Notes: generated from the letters alone by a model not told the origin. A stretch of DNA of 60,868 bases, filler included, from Trichosphaerium sp. ATCC 40318 (GCA_038496445.1; 3 parts of 3 records of this genome joined end to end with filler, not necessarily neighbours in it); one strand, 5' to 3'. Positions 24,560 through 37,877 are shown, numbered from the whole stretch's first letter. Numbers and translations are program-made.

Positions 24560-25873
24560 TTACATATATATCTCTCTAATCTTTTGATGATAGTTACGCT
24601 TATGTTGTAAATAAAAGCTATCATTATCATGTAGATTACCAAACATACAATCACCTCTTATACTAAACATGGAGTACTTACCATCAGACTCTTCAAAAAG
24701 CATACCATACTCTAGAGGCTTATCCTTAGTATCGCGAACATAACGATGTACTTTATGATCATTCCACAGCTTATCATGCATAGAGAAGAAAGAACCATCA
24801 TACTGGGTCTCTTTACCATCAACACTAATAGTGACAGACACTGTCCCTAAGTCATTGACAGTAATAAGTGGTGATGCTTTTCCAAGCAGCGGTATACTCC
24901 CAGATCTTGTCGAAGATACATTACGGATAGTAACTGTCATTGGTAATGCCTTGGGAGCATCAGATATCGTGCACAAGACGGTTCCAGAGTACTGTATAGC
25001 TCGGTTAACAATCAAGTTGAAATGAGGTGAGGGTTTGTACCTGTATGTTTAGGTTCATGATATTTTTAGCAACAGGTACAATAGACTAAGAAATATTAGT
25101 AAGACCCTTGATAAAAGCTATATGACATACACTAAGAGGTCCAAGATCATATGAAATATCTATAATGAAAAAGAGAGAGTTAGAGGCCATGTCTCATTAG
25201 TGTGTAACAAGTAAAGTTGTACCTGTCATTACCAAGTAAAAATAATTGTATCTTTCCTCAGAATATCGTCCTTCCCAGTAACCAAGAATACAATTACATC
25301 GTAGAAATGGCATCAATACATATTTACCACCAATACCTAACGCTGTTCCACATATTTTCGATACTTCAGTAACTCTAAATTGCAATTTAAAACGAGTTTT
25401 AGGAACAAACGTGATTTCAAACACCAATGAGTTTTCTTCCTGCAGTACCTTATGATTTTATGTTCATTGTACTCACCAACCATGTTTGTCATACCAGCAC
25501 ATATACCAATAGTATTATGAGCTCGTCTATAGTAAGGCCAAAAAAAGAAGCCTAACATCACATGAGTAAATGAACGTTATCTTCAGAAGCAAGATGCAAG
25601 GTTAAATGACATCTTGCGAAGCTAAGTGTAAGGTTTACAACTAACCTTTGAATGGAATTCCTTTGTCAACATTGTCAGCTTGCCTTGTTAACCTCTTAAA
25701 GTACGTAGCCACTAAGAAGAAGAACAATAAAGTTAGCACACACAAATGTTAATGTAAATGGCTTGTACGCACTTGGATACGGCTTCCATCCACCAGTTTG
25801 AGCTGACAGACCTTCGAAATACGTGTTGAATAGGAAACAACGCTTAAAGTACTCATTTCAAGTCTCCATTTCA
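24560..25873 (-). pseudogene. Hypothetical multi-exon gene, probably degenerate
   Basis: 151-aa terminal ORF plus upstream exon-like pieces with in-frame stops; no recognisable domain; the transposon is inserted just upstream. Confidence 0.3.
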
Positions 25874-26105
25874 TTGTTTTTTTGTTCTTCGCTTTTTACG
25901 CTTTCACCAGTGTCTATTGTCCGTTTCAGTCAAGTTGGTCAAAATTTAACTGGTTGTGCACGAAAGTTAGTTATCTGGTGAAAATTTCTAAATTTCTATG
26001 CTAACCGGTTAACTGACGAAAATATTCAAATTTCAAGGTGATGCGGAAGCCAGAGAACACTTCCAAGAAAAAAAAAAACCCACGTGTACAAAATAACAAA
26101 TTTAT

Positions 26106-27671
26106 TTATTTTAACTCTTTTAAAGACAAAATCTGCGCCTTCAACAATGCCAACTGCTCATGTAATGCTTGTGCTTGGTATTCACGTTGTTTTATTAAGT
26201 CAGCATGAACACAGTGTTTTTGCCAGCGAAAGAACCCACAGGTGCCACGTGGACAATTGTAGTACCACTTTCCTGGGTTTTTTTCGCTGTTACTAAGCTT
26301 TGCGATAATTGTTAGCCCACAATAACATGTTCGCTTTTCTGGTGCTTTAATGGGTATAGCCGCTAAAAGAGGTAAGTTTAGAGTAGTTGTTGATAAAAAA
26401 CATACGAATGCTAGGTAGCATATTCAATGCACCTAATTCATTTGTAGGATACAGCGATGGCGTAGTAGTGTCCAAAGATAGCGTGTTAGCATCTGTAGGA
26501 TATAGCGATGGCTTTGTGGTGTCCACATTAACTGGTGATGAGATTTGTGGCATCGTGGTGCGTTTGGGTTTTCTATACAACCTTTTTAGCGCATATCAAA
26601 AATTACTGACATACTTTGCAGGTTGTGGTAAGAGTGGCGTTGATTTTCTTTTGCGCGTCTTAAAGTCACTTGCCTTTGCTGGACGATAGCTTGATAGCGT
26701 AAGCAATAAGAAGTGAAAAATATAGGTACCTAACTTGTGGATCATCTTCATCCAAAGTTAAATCTATTTGTAGTATTTGTGTGCTGCTACAAACGTTAAT
26801 AAAGTATTTTACACAAAAATATTTATTTCGTAGAATACCTTGGTTCGAAGAGCTTTGACACACTTGCTTGTTGTGCAGCTTCAACTAATAGTTGAAGTGG
26901 AGAAGAGCCATCAGTGATTTTAGGCTGATCAACGAGAGCTTGAATCACAGTGGCATCAGAAAGAGCAGAAGTCACTCCAATGGGCAAACCGGTTTGTGTT
27001 TTTGCTTTATGCTTGATTTTTGGTCCACGAAATCCAGCTGAAAAGTGTTAACGCAATAAAAGAAATTAAATATGTACTTTTTTTTTCCATTTCTTTTTTT
27101 CGGTGTTCTGATGCCTTTTTTCTTAACGTAGCAGTAATATTGTTGAACAAATGCATTCGCTCACTCTCTTCTTTTTTTCCTGTAAGACCACATATTTTTT
27201 CAAAAGGTGGTACACCAGCAAACATGGCTGCTTGTTTTTGAAGGTCAGACTTCAGTTTGGCTGTGCTGGTTACAAGTTTTCCTTGCAAACGTTCAATCTA
27301 CAAAATTTGTGTTAACATTGTTGGAGAGGAAGTTTGGTACCTGCTGCTTTGTCTTTGAGACATCAGCGTCTACTCTATTTTGTCTTCGGACAAGATCAGC
27401 ATGGATGGCATTTTGCAGCATGTTTTGTCTTGTAGTTGCTTCGACAGTGTGCCCTAAAACAATTTTAGATTTCGTGTAAATTTTTTTGTTACTCAATACA
27501 TTTAGGGTGTTTACAATGCTCAGGCCCAGGACATGGTATCCTGTAACCGTTTTCGTCTGTTGGGCACTTGTGGGTAAGTTTTCCGTAGGCATTTGGCTTT
27601 CTATGTTCCGACTGTTTGTTGTGACACTTGCCACAAGTCCTACCACTGCGTTGAGTTGCTTTTCTTGGCAT
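26106..27671 (-). CDS. Transposon-borne accessory protein: N-terminal Cys/His cluster, coiled coil, C-terminal GRF zinc finger
   Basis: First exon TCGKCH...HKCP...PCPGPEHCKH; last exon translates to TCYCGLTIIAKLSNSEKNPGKWYYNCPRGTCGFFRW (zf-GRF pattern) plus a short helix; several GT-AG introns. Confidence 0.8.
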
Positions 27672-27686
27672 CGTTGTTTTGAACTA

Positions 27687-27698
27687 TGACTTAAGTCA
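27687..27698. promoter_or_regulatory. 12-bp palindrome TGACTTAAGTCA between the two start codons (candidate bidirectional promoter element)
   Basis: Perfect palindrome within the 29-nt gap between the divergent ATGs. Confidence 0.4.
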
Positions 27699-27700
27699 CA

Positions 27701-28924
27701 ATGGAAAGCCTACCAACGTATCCACACCACGAAAATGTTTTATTGGGGCAGTCTATGGTTAAACATGGTATAAAAAGCACCATACAACATTTTCAAGCAA
27801 CACGTGGAAGAGCAAATTATTGGAAAAAAAAAACAACTGACGCTACATTTCACAGTTCAAACCATGGTACTAATCAAAACAGTGTTAATTAGTGGTTTTG
27901 ATTAATAAATAGGAGGAAAACGATGGAGCAAGTTTTCTGATGGTACAGCATTAACTAAAAGCCTAAATCTGTTGCTTAAATCATAATTAGAAGAGATGAA
28001 AGTTGTTTGGACTTTGATTTTTATTGTTTATAACAATGACTGTCGTACACCTTTTGGAGAGTATGTTACCTATATTAACAGTGTAATTGCTCCTCAAAGT
28101 ATTTCTGTTCCTTGGCTATCTCGTTTATTTAGATCAATTGGATGGACATGGAAAGTACGTAAATTGTTGTTTACAACATGTTTAAACCTAACTAAACAAC
28201 TTAGGATGTCGAACACCGACAGCTACGAAAATACACTGCAGAGAATATTGCACACTATCAGCGTTATGTCACGTGCATATTAAATGTAGATCCACAGCAT
28301 TTAAAGTACGCTGATGAAGCACACTTTATTTCTCGGGGTATTTTTTTTTTTCACAAATGGCAATTAATTTTTTGTTCAGCTCTCTATAAAAAACGTGGTC
28401 TAAGTCCTGCTGGTGTTAAAATACGAATAATAGAGAGTGCCCCCATCGACCTATCCTGCACCATCACAATCATGACGTCTGTTGTTCCGGGCAAGGTACT
28501 AAACTATTTTTGTGTGATATTAAATTAAACTAAGTATTAAAACAAGGCACCTGTTGTAGCATCATACCGTACTAATTCAAACACACAATATGATTGGGCG
28601 ACCTTTGTTGTGTACCTTTTAGAACACAATCATTTGGTTGCTGGAGATTATTTTGTGGTGGACAATGCTCGTGTCCACAGTGCCAAAGAAACTTTTTCAG
28701 AGATATATGAAGCTTGTGCTCTACGAGGAGTACACTACATATTTCTGCCAAAGTATTCTCCGGAACTCAACCCATGTGAACTTGTTTTCGCTCACATAAA
28801 GAACCATTTGCGTTACAGACGCCGAAATGATACTTTTTGGTATGAAATAGCCAAAACAATGGCTACTGTAACTAGAGAGCTTGTAGAAAGTTTCTATGAT
28901 CATTGTGTACACATGCGTTTTTAA
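27701..28924 (+). CDS. IS630/Tc1-like DDE transposase, about 5 introns
   Basis: KYADEAHF (D1), VVDNARVH (D2), FLPKYSPELNPCELVF (E); 38 residues between D2 and E by hand count. Confidence 0.93.
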
Positions 28925-29413
28925 AATAAATAAAATTTGTTATTTTGTACACGTGGGTTTTTTTTTTTTCTTGGAAGTGTTCTCTGGCTTCCGCATCACC
29001 TTGAAATTTGAATATTTTCGTCAGTTAACCGGTTAGCATAGAAATTTAGAAATTTTCACCAGATAACTAACTTTCGTGCACAACCAGTTAAATTTTGACC
29101 AACTTGACTGAAACGGACAATATCTTACCCGGAGGTGGCGATTTTTCTAGTACTTGCCACAGAGTACAACATAAATGCCTCCAAACAACGTCATCGCCGC
29201 AAAGTGAGTGCCTTTTGAAAAACATTAGCCATTTTCGGCGTTTGGACTCTCTGACGCGGATTAAACACTTTACCAGTATTGAGAGCAAGTCGCAAAAGAC
29301 AGTATACTTTTTGGATAACCAATACGAAATATTATCTCTAAAGACAGCTCATCGGGTAGGTTATTCAATGGCATGTGTTTCCAAGGACCAACGCTATTTA
29401 TAAAGACGTTGAC

Positions 29414-29929
29414 TAGCGGTGGAAAATACCGGTCCGGTTTTTCAAGATATCAGTTTTCGGTCCATAACCGGTCCGCGATTTAGAACAAGACCAGTATGCA
29501 TTCAGTGAACACCAGTTATTGGCCTATAGGCTTATTGCTTCTTTTGAACCACCAGCTACTTTCTTTTGATTAAAAGTAGTCTAAAACGCCTCAAAATTAA
29601 AAGTTCTGCACATAGAGTGGTTGAATTATTTTAACTTTTGAAAAAAAAAAAGGTGGGATATTCAAACATGCCACAAAAGTGTACAGCCACCTTATGCACA
29701 CAGGATGGATGCCTCTGAGATTTTGTGACAGGGACCGTTTGGACTGATAAAAATCCAATGGAGTAAGTACCCTTTTGACAAAAGTCCCTTTTTCGGCTAT
29801 TTTTCCGATTTTCCAAGGGTACTCCCTTTGACAGCGGACCGTTTGCACCGTTTAGAGACCAGTCTTTTGCGTTTCGGTCCGGAACCGGTATTTCTGCCAC
29901 CTCTATCTGTTACATAATAACACCCTCTA
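29414..29929. mobile_element. hAT-like MITE (516 bp) with 8-bp TSD
   Basis: TSD ACGTTGAC at 29406-29413 and 29930-29937; left end TAGCGGTGGAAAATACCGG, inverted match at 29885-29905; subterminal CGGTCC/GGACCG repeats. Confidence 0.8.
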
Positions 29930-30115
29930 ACGTTGACTGCTTTTATGAACTTAACTAGCATTCTCGACACTTAATGAACTAGATCCCTGGATCATTCATT
30001 GTTGCCGAATCTTGTAACAGATATCCTGAGCGCAAGCTCGAGAGTATCGACGCAAGTACAACAATTGTGAATAACTGCATTTTATTCTTCTATGAAACCT
30101 CTGTACTAACTCGTT

Positions 30116-32559
30116 TTACTTCCCTTTCTGCCATGGATGTACAAACTCCTGGTATGTTGAGACTGCATTACAATATCCTATTGTATCACGTGGTGGATTC
30201 CTGTTTAGAAAAAATAAGAACTCAACAAATATACGTCACGTGTTTGGTAAAACGTACAATTTAGGTGGGTGATATTCTTTTTCAAGAGCTTTGAATTCTA
30301 TCATCATTTCAGATACTTTTTCAGGCATTTGTTCTGCAAGATCAAAGTGTTCAGTTGGATCGTTTGCAATATTGAATAAACAAGGCTTATCAACAGAGCA
30401 CGCAGTCACTTTGTACATATCTTTATGGTATGTGGTGTTCGGAGTGAATTGCCCAAACCTATATAGCACAGTTGAACCGTAATAGTTTTAAAGAGGCGAG
30501 AAAACCAACGAAAAAGAAGAAAGACGAATCAAATTAACCTTGAACATTATTACAAGCCAACGTACCACGAAGCAGCCACCTCTGGACCTACAATAAGCTT
30601 AAAGTCACCATCCCTGATAGCTCCTATGGTTGTAACTAAGTTGCGTTCCAAACAACAAGTTATTGATACCAGTGTATGGTGAGGTAAACATGCGGTGGTC
30701 GTAAACAAACTTCTTTCGGGGTGACTCATCTGATTGTCCGCTGAGAGGTAAAACGTTATAACAACAACCAACGTAGAAGTTTCAAGTACCTCAGGTATTT
30801 CCACATACTCAAACTCTCAACAGGTGTAGGTGTACCTAAATATTTTTAAGCTTACAGGTTGCCATTTGTTCTATTTCAATCTTACCTGGATCTGCAGGAT
30901 CGATACCTGCTAACTCACAAAAAGTAGCGTACCAGTCAGCAATGTGTATTGTGCCTAAAAATTATAATGAAAACAAGGTTGATAGGACTTGATTAAACTT
31001 GTCAAAAATCACCTACCATTAACATGTTTGGCACGCATCTTCGCCGGCAAAATTCCTCCATTAACGAATGCAGGGACTCTAGTACCACCTGTTGCATGTG
31101 TCAGAAACTCTAAGATTTTTGGAAGAACCAGCGTACCTTCAAAGTTCGTTGTTTTTGAGCCTTTTCAAACAATTAGTCTTTGTGTAACTTTTTAGCTTAC
31201 CTCTTAATGGCTTATTAGATCCACCAGCTCCAACAGGTGTTCCATTATCTGTTGTCCAAATGAACAAAGTATTTTCCCACATACCGCTCTCTTTCAACGC
31301 CTACACACTGTAACAACAAAGCATTTCAGAAACAAAACCAAACGAACCTGTGTAACATTCTTTGCTGATTCGTCAACAACTGAAACCATTCCGTTAAACA
31401 CATTCCTCAACTTTTGGTCAAAATGATACATGTTCGTAAATCTCTCTGGTGCCTTAAATAACTACTTAGCAACCTTCTGATGAGAACATGAATACAAACC
31501 TCTACAGGTTCATGCGTATTGTGCAACGCAAAGTACAAAAACATAGGACCTGAATTTTTATCATGATTTTTAATCAAATCCACTGCGTGCTTGGGTTGTA
31601 CGTGAGAAACAAGGTTGTCAAGTTAATCTTTAGCGTACCTTCGTAAAAGCGTATCCGTTATAGGTACCATTCTTACCATAAGCAGGAGCATTGTTTTCCC
31701 ATAGATCAAGGGCTTGGCATAATTTACCCAATCTGAATGTTTCCTGCAAAAACCATCACATTTGTACTTGCTATCTCACGCATACCTGAGTAAAATGATC
31801 TTCACCTCCCTCTAAAAATCCAAAAGTACTATTAAACCCTCTTGCAATTGGTGTATAATCTACGGTGTAAAAGCCCTATACAAAAACCTGTTAGCCAAAA
31901 CTATCCAACAATTTCGTACTTGATGCCACTTTCCAACGTGATGCGACGTGTAACCAGCTGTTTTAAGCTTCTTAGGTAACATCGTATACGACAAGTCGAT
32001 TCCTAGAGGATTAAAAACAAGCATTAATAGGTATTCGTACCGTCAGGTAAATCCCAAGGTATATAATTTGTTCGAGTTGCAGAAAGATGATAAGGAAGCC
32101 TTCCTGTCAAGAACGATCCACGTGTTGGTGCGCAATACTTGTACGTGTAATGAAAATCAAGTTTAAGGCCTGGTAAACGTCAAACGACATGTCACGTGAC
32201 GAAGTGTTAACCAAAGTCGTGGAAAATTCTTGGCACTTTTCGGCAATTTAAATTTTTTTTGACCCAAATCACATGTGAACGTACCATCTGCTGCCAAGCT
32301 GTCGAGAGTTGGTGTTATCAAATCCGGATTTCGATATCTTTAATAGTGTTAACTTGCGTGTTTCCATTAGAAGGGTAAAACGTGGACGTACCCTGGAGCG
32401 TTAAATCCCAAATCATCAGTGAGCCTATCAAATTACATTAACTTCAGTAAGTGCATATCACGTGTCATTTTGTACTACGCACATGAAAACAATGTTAGGT
32501 GGAGCCGCGGTAATGGTGCCTAGCCAAGCCAGCAAAGACAGTGCGAGCAAAATTCGCAT
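30116..32559 (-). CDS. Arylsulfatase (ARSB-like), secreted, many introns
   Basis: [14 protein letters not shown] signal; PNIVF..TDDLG; formylglycine motif [12 protein letters not shown]; GKWH; WTTDNG; HIADWYATF; [10 protein letters not shown]. Confidence 0.93.
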
Positions 32560-32677
32560 CGGTTTAGGTGCGAATATGAAATATCGTTGAAAAAAAAACA
32601 GAAACTAAACTTGTTGACTTTTCTCTTCCATCTTCGTGCTTAACGTATTTTTTTGTAATAAATTACATGTTGGCGTA

Positions 32678-34617
32678 ATGGACAACCCATACGCCACTTG
32701 TTATAGTAGGCGTTTCGATGACAATAAGAAATACAAAACTTCCAGGATTCAAAGCAGTTTATCTGGCTCAAAAGGTTACAAATGGCAGAAAAACCTCCGC
32801 AAACAGTTTTCATGTCGTAACCGCGACCTTAGTCATGTTGAAAAGACTGTACATGGAAATGTTACTAAATCAGCTCTCTAACCTCTCCTAGATTACGTTT
32901 CTACGCTCTCCTTTCTTAAACGACGAAATACAGGATGTACGTGCCATGTTCAATCAAAACCTCCCGTTTGTACATGTAAAGCGGCCAAACAACCCAGAAA
33001 TCATCGACCACCGCGTAATAATATATTTAAAGGCAGACGAACCAAAACGGCCACAACCAAACCCAACTGACGTTGCATCGCAACAGCACGCATTCCACGT
33101 AGCTGCAATAAAGAGAGAACCTCGCAAACTGCCACCACGTATACGCTCAACGCCGCGTACGTCCTTTTTATTATTTTTTCAAAAAACCCTCCAAAACCTT
33201 GTTTAACGAATCTTAGCTACTGTTGCTAAGCAACAACGCCCTAAGACCAACAAACCTAAGCCTGCTAAACCTATGAGGTACGTTCTACATCCAGTCTTCA
33301 TCACGTGATTATTGCAACAAGTTAACAGTCATTTTTTAAAGCGGTTTACAATCACTTCGTGCAACCCCTAAGCGCTCCAAAACATCTTTAAAACGTAAGC
33401 GTCGTCCTACCGAACCTCCAAAGAAAGCTACCCAAGAACCACAGATTCTTTTGGAGCCTAAAACTGAGGTTGACTTGATGGACATCATCGAAGATATCGA
33501 TGAAGAAGATGAGGTATCTGTTGTACCTGACAGTTGCTCTTCTTCTTTTGTTCCGGTACACTTATTATATCATGTGTTAGTTTTTAACAAATATAAGCGT
33601 TCGAGGCCAGAGCCACCCATTCGCGTCACCAGACACACTCCTCTAGTTAATTCTGGTCAGTTAACAGGACCTGGTTTGATGAGCGTATCAAGTCAAAAAC
33701 TAATTACTGAAATGAAAACAAAACATCAAACTGAAAAGACACAAATGAGCGAGGCGTTATCCCAATATCAACGAAAGATTAATGAACTAGAAGGTACAAG
33801 TGTGCAGCGTAATTAAGAATACCACTAAACTAACAATGATTTAGAAGCACTTAACAGACAGAGGTTGCAAAAAGCAGCTCCTTCTATCACTGTTAAGAAA
33901 GAACCGGAGTCTTTGTCTATGGCTATGTCTGCAACGAGTAATGTAGTTAAGAGAAAGACTATAAATATTAAAAAGGAACCAAGAGTATCAAATATATCGC
34001 CTGAAAAGAAAAAGAAGATTGTTCTTGATTTGACACAAGAAAATGAACCACCGAAGAAAAAGCAAAAAAAAACACAGAGTGCATCACCAGATATCGGACC
34101 TTTTTTGACATATGAAGGTGTTGGAGACTTACCAATGCTATCAGATTCTTATGGTTCAAATAAGTCCTATGTTGACGGTACACAGAACAAGAAAAAGACG
34201 CCGAAAACAACACCGAAAAAAACGGTCAAAGAAGCTGGATCCAAGTTGAAAAACAACTCGTTCGATGATTCTGGGATAAGTGACTTTGATCCAAACTTCA
34301 CACCTGTTCGTCCCAAGCCTTCTCAAGACAAAGGTTATAATAACGACAAACTATCTAACGATATTATGGAAGATGTCTCAAATGATAGCGAAGACAAGGA
34401 TGTCAGTATTGAAAAAAAAGATAAAGCTAATAGGAAGAAGAAAGATTCGCCAGAATCTGATTCGTCTGAACTAGTCACTAAGTTTAACCTACGTAAAACA
34501 TTTGGTGATCAAGACTTGATAGAGTCTTTGGATAGTGTAGATAGTCCTATTACTAAGCAAAATAATAATATAGACGAAGTACAGTATGACTCAGATGGAG
34601 ATCCACAAGTTTGGTAG
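32678..34617 (+). CDS. Hypothetical low-complexity K/P/S/D-rich protein (multi-exon, possibly nuclear)
   Basis: Collinear + strand ORFs separated by GT-AG introns; PPKKKQKK NLS-like motif; no domain recognised. Confidence 0.6.
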
Positions 34618-35013
34618 AACCCGAAGCTTCAAAGCAACGCAAAGCGCTGTAACGTAAAATTGTAAATAAACTACCCTGTAAATAAAACCTTGATGATACT
34701 CTCTTGATCTGTGTAGTTTGTTATTTCTTGTTTGGCTACGGCATGTTTGTTTTAGAGTTGTAAGGATTTTCTCTAGGAGTGGTATGTTTCTGGTGACTTG
34801 GTTAAAAAAGGAAGTTTGCGTTCTTCAAAAAGCTATCTTAAAAATTGTGCAGATACGGCTTAGATCTTTTGTATGCCATAAAGAAGGTTTACGGATATGA
34901 AATATAACACTAGAAATCAAGTTGGCAGACGTAGATTTTTTTTTACGGTTAAGTGGAAATATGGTATATTTTTTATTTAGCAACCATTAGCCATATCGGT
35001 GAAGTATACATAG

Positions 35014-37080
35014 ATGGACAATAACAATAACGAAGCTACAAAGGCTCTGCTAACTTCTGATGGGAATGCTTCGAATTCGTCCCTTGGCACAATTACAGAC
35101 CATGAGTCTCAATATAAGAGCTCTAAAACCAATAAGAAGCGAGCTAATACAATTTCCCTTATCCTGATGATATTTATCAATTTCCTGTCCAACGTAGTAT
35201 TCTCTATTGTACTTCCTACGCTAAACAAGTATATTATAGATCCAGCATTGGTATGTACTTACTAAATTTAACTCAAATCATCATAAAAACTCTCAAATAC
35301 GCATACTTAATACAATAATCGCTACATTTTAGCGATTTTGACATTTCTCACTCCTTTTTTTTTTTGTTTCATAACAACTCTTCGTAGATTGGTAAATCCA
35401 AGTCGTGGACAGGTTATGCTATATCTATAAACGCTCTTGGGTACGCACGTTACTGATTTTTCTAAATTAGAAGGAGCAGAAACGAGAAAACAAAATTTAT
35501 GTCATTTGTTTTGCTTTAAAACCCTTTTTTACGCTTAGTATTGTTATGTTATATCGAAATGACTACTACAAAAAAATACGCGCGACCCTACAATTGGAGA
35601 ATTGAATTGCCCTTTAAATTGGAATCTGTCTAAAACACCTTAGAACTTTTATTGCTGGTCCAGTTTTCGGTTATTGGGCTGATAAGCGGAATACTCGAGA
35701 AGTTTTGGCGTGCTCGCTTGTTATCATGGTTTTAGGTACGTTATACCTTGGTAAAAACAACAGATACGCGTCATTGATTACGCGTGTAACACAAAAAATG
35801 TGTCTTTGTTTGGGAGAGAAGATGACAAAAAACAGCTCACGTTTTTTTTTGAAAGAAAAGATTCCAAGCACTTTTCAGTTGTTCGTACTTACGTTCTTTA
35901 AACAGGTAATGTATGGTATTCAGTGGCTGGTTATATACAAGCTGACCACGCATTAAATATATGGCACCTTTTGGCAGCACGTTTCATTGTCGGCATAGCA
36001 GCAGGCACGCTTCATTTTTTTTCTTTTCTTTTTTTTTTTTGATAGAACAATATTTCGTTGTTTGTCTATCGGAGATGTTTGGGTATTTTTGTTTGTTATT
36101 ATCTCCTTTGTGTGAATTATCAAATCACCTTATGAATTATATAGCAAACTACGCTCCTGCTGGCGCATACTTGACATACGCTACATCTCCAAAAGTAAGA
36201 ACGAAGATTATGACAATTAACAGCGCTGCTACTGTTATTGGTTTCATTTGTGGTCCAGGTATGATTCTCTACCCCTCTTTGGAGGTCTTTTTTTTCCCCT
36301 TTCTTAATTTTACTATTGTGTGCACTAACCACGTGTTTTTTTTTTACAGCTTTCTCCTTGCTCTCCAGTTTACCAGCACTTGAATTCAGCATTGGCAAAT
36401 ATATTCATTTCAATGCCAATACAGGACCTGGCTGGATTTCTGCAATTTTCTCTCTTGTTGGACTTCTATGCTTAATACCTTTCCGTGAAGTTTCAAGAGA
36501 AGCAGGACCCGTAACAACACAAAAAAAAAAGCCCCTCAACTCAGAAAATGACGTGTCACAAAAACTAATTGTGACACGTCGTTTTTGAATCATTTTGTTG
36601 ACATATTTCGTAATGTCACTATCTATTTTTTATTTTTTTAATTGTTTCTATGTATCTATGTATCTATGTATGTATATAACTAATATTCCAAGATTATCGG
36701 TATTAAAACAGTACGTATTGTATCATGAGACCAAAAAAAAAAACCACCTGCACGAAAACACGTGGTTTTTTTTCTTGAGTTTCTTTCTTTTTTGCCAATC
36801 GATTTGGTGTTGATTTAATTTATTTAGAATGCATCTGCTGGATCATCTAGAATTCATATTTCCAAAGCTGCTTCTTGTACGCGTTTTATCACGATGGATT
36901 GTTTTTAACGTCTCTCAGTTTGTTTTTTTTTTTTGGCATTCTTTGAATAATTTTTTTACTCTTTTCACTAGATAGATCTGGTTTGTCGTTGAGTATGATC
37001 GGTAAAACAAAAATGCCTATAGCTGGTGTTTAGTTTGCATGTACTTTGCATTTACATTCACTTGGGTACAAAGAGAACAA
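35014..37080 (+). CDS. MFS transporter (MFSD8/CLN7-like), truncated by gap
   Basis: FLSNVVFSIVLPTL; PVFGYWADKR (motif A); ARFIVGIAA; GFICGP; NTGPGW. Confidence 0.85.
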
Positions 37081-37180
37081 NNNNNNNNNNNNNNNNNNNN
37101 NNNNNNNNNNNNNNNNNNNNNNNNTTAATTAATTAANNNNNNNNNNNNNNNNNNNNNNNNNNNNNNNNNNNNNNNNNNNN
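37081..37180. other. Assembly gap/linker (N44-TTAATTAATTAA-N44)
   Basis: Same six-frame stop linker. Confidence 0.98.
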
Positions 37181-37877
37181 AGAGAGGTAGAATTTCATGA
37201 CCAAGACAGGAGTGAGAACTTCGTTGATGAGGAGGAGAGAGTATTAAGAGAGTCAGGAGATGAAATTACAGCCACGAAAGAGCTGACAAAACAGATAAGA
37301 AGAGCAACGCAAGAAGATAAAGAGAGTAGAGAACCAGTGAAGGACTCACGAAGAGGATATGAACATCGGATAGACATCCTTTTAGAGCTATTGCGAGATG
37401 TGTTGCAATCAGCCAGGATAGTAACTAAAGATGATAACAAATCCATTGTGAAAAGTTTGATTGATAAAGGTAGCCCTTACATGCGAAGCAGTAGCACGCA
37501 GAAGGAGCTATTATCACAAATGTCCAAGTGTAATACAAATGGGAGTTTTATTAAATGGTTACAGAGGATTATAAAAGAAGAGAAAGAAGTGTTTAAAAGA
37601 GAGAGGCGTTTACGAGACTAGATATAAATTGACCTCCATATTTATGGTTTAATGGTTGCTAAGGGTTTCCAATATCTCAGTCAAGTAAACAGTAAAGATA
37701 GAATTACGTGAACCAAAGAGTCATCTAAAACTGATGGAGTTCAACACTCTCACGTGAGGACACGCTCTAAAGAAAGAGGGGAGTTATGTAAGGAGTAAAT
37801 AATGTAACTTAATGTACATGAGCTCACTTAGAGCAGAATAAATTAGTTGATATCACGTGACGGTTTTAGTCTTTACA
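37181..37877 (+). mobile_element. Mirror copy of the Gypsy 3' end (ORF tail, PPT, LTR 37787-37877)
   Basis: Reverse complement of 46754-47450. Confidence 0.9.

Larger units (their letters stand above)
25917..29120. mobile_element. IS630/Tc1/mariner-superfamily DNA transposon, 3204 bp, two divergent genes
   Basis: TA TSD (25915-25916, 29121-29122); ~197-bp near-perfect TIRs (25917-26114, 28921-29120) starting TTGTCCGTTTCAGTC; DDE transposase inside. Confidence 0.95.

Noticed and set aside
25917-29120. Second gene as a Fanzor/TnpB RNA-guided nuclease
   Set aside because: No RuvC motifs or TnpB-type zinc ribbon seen; the recognisable domain is a GRF finger.
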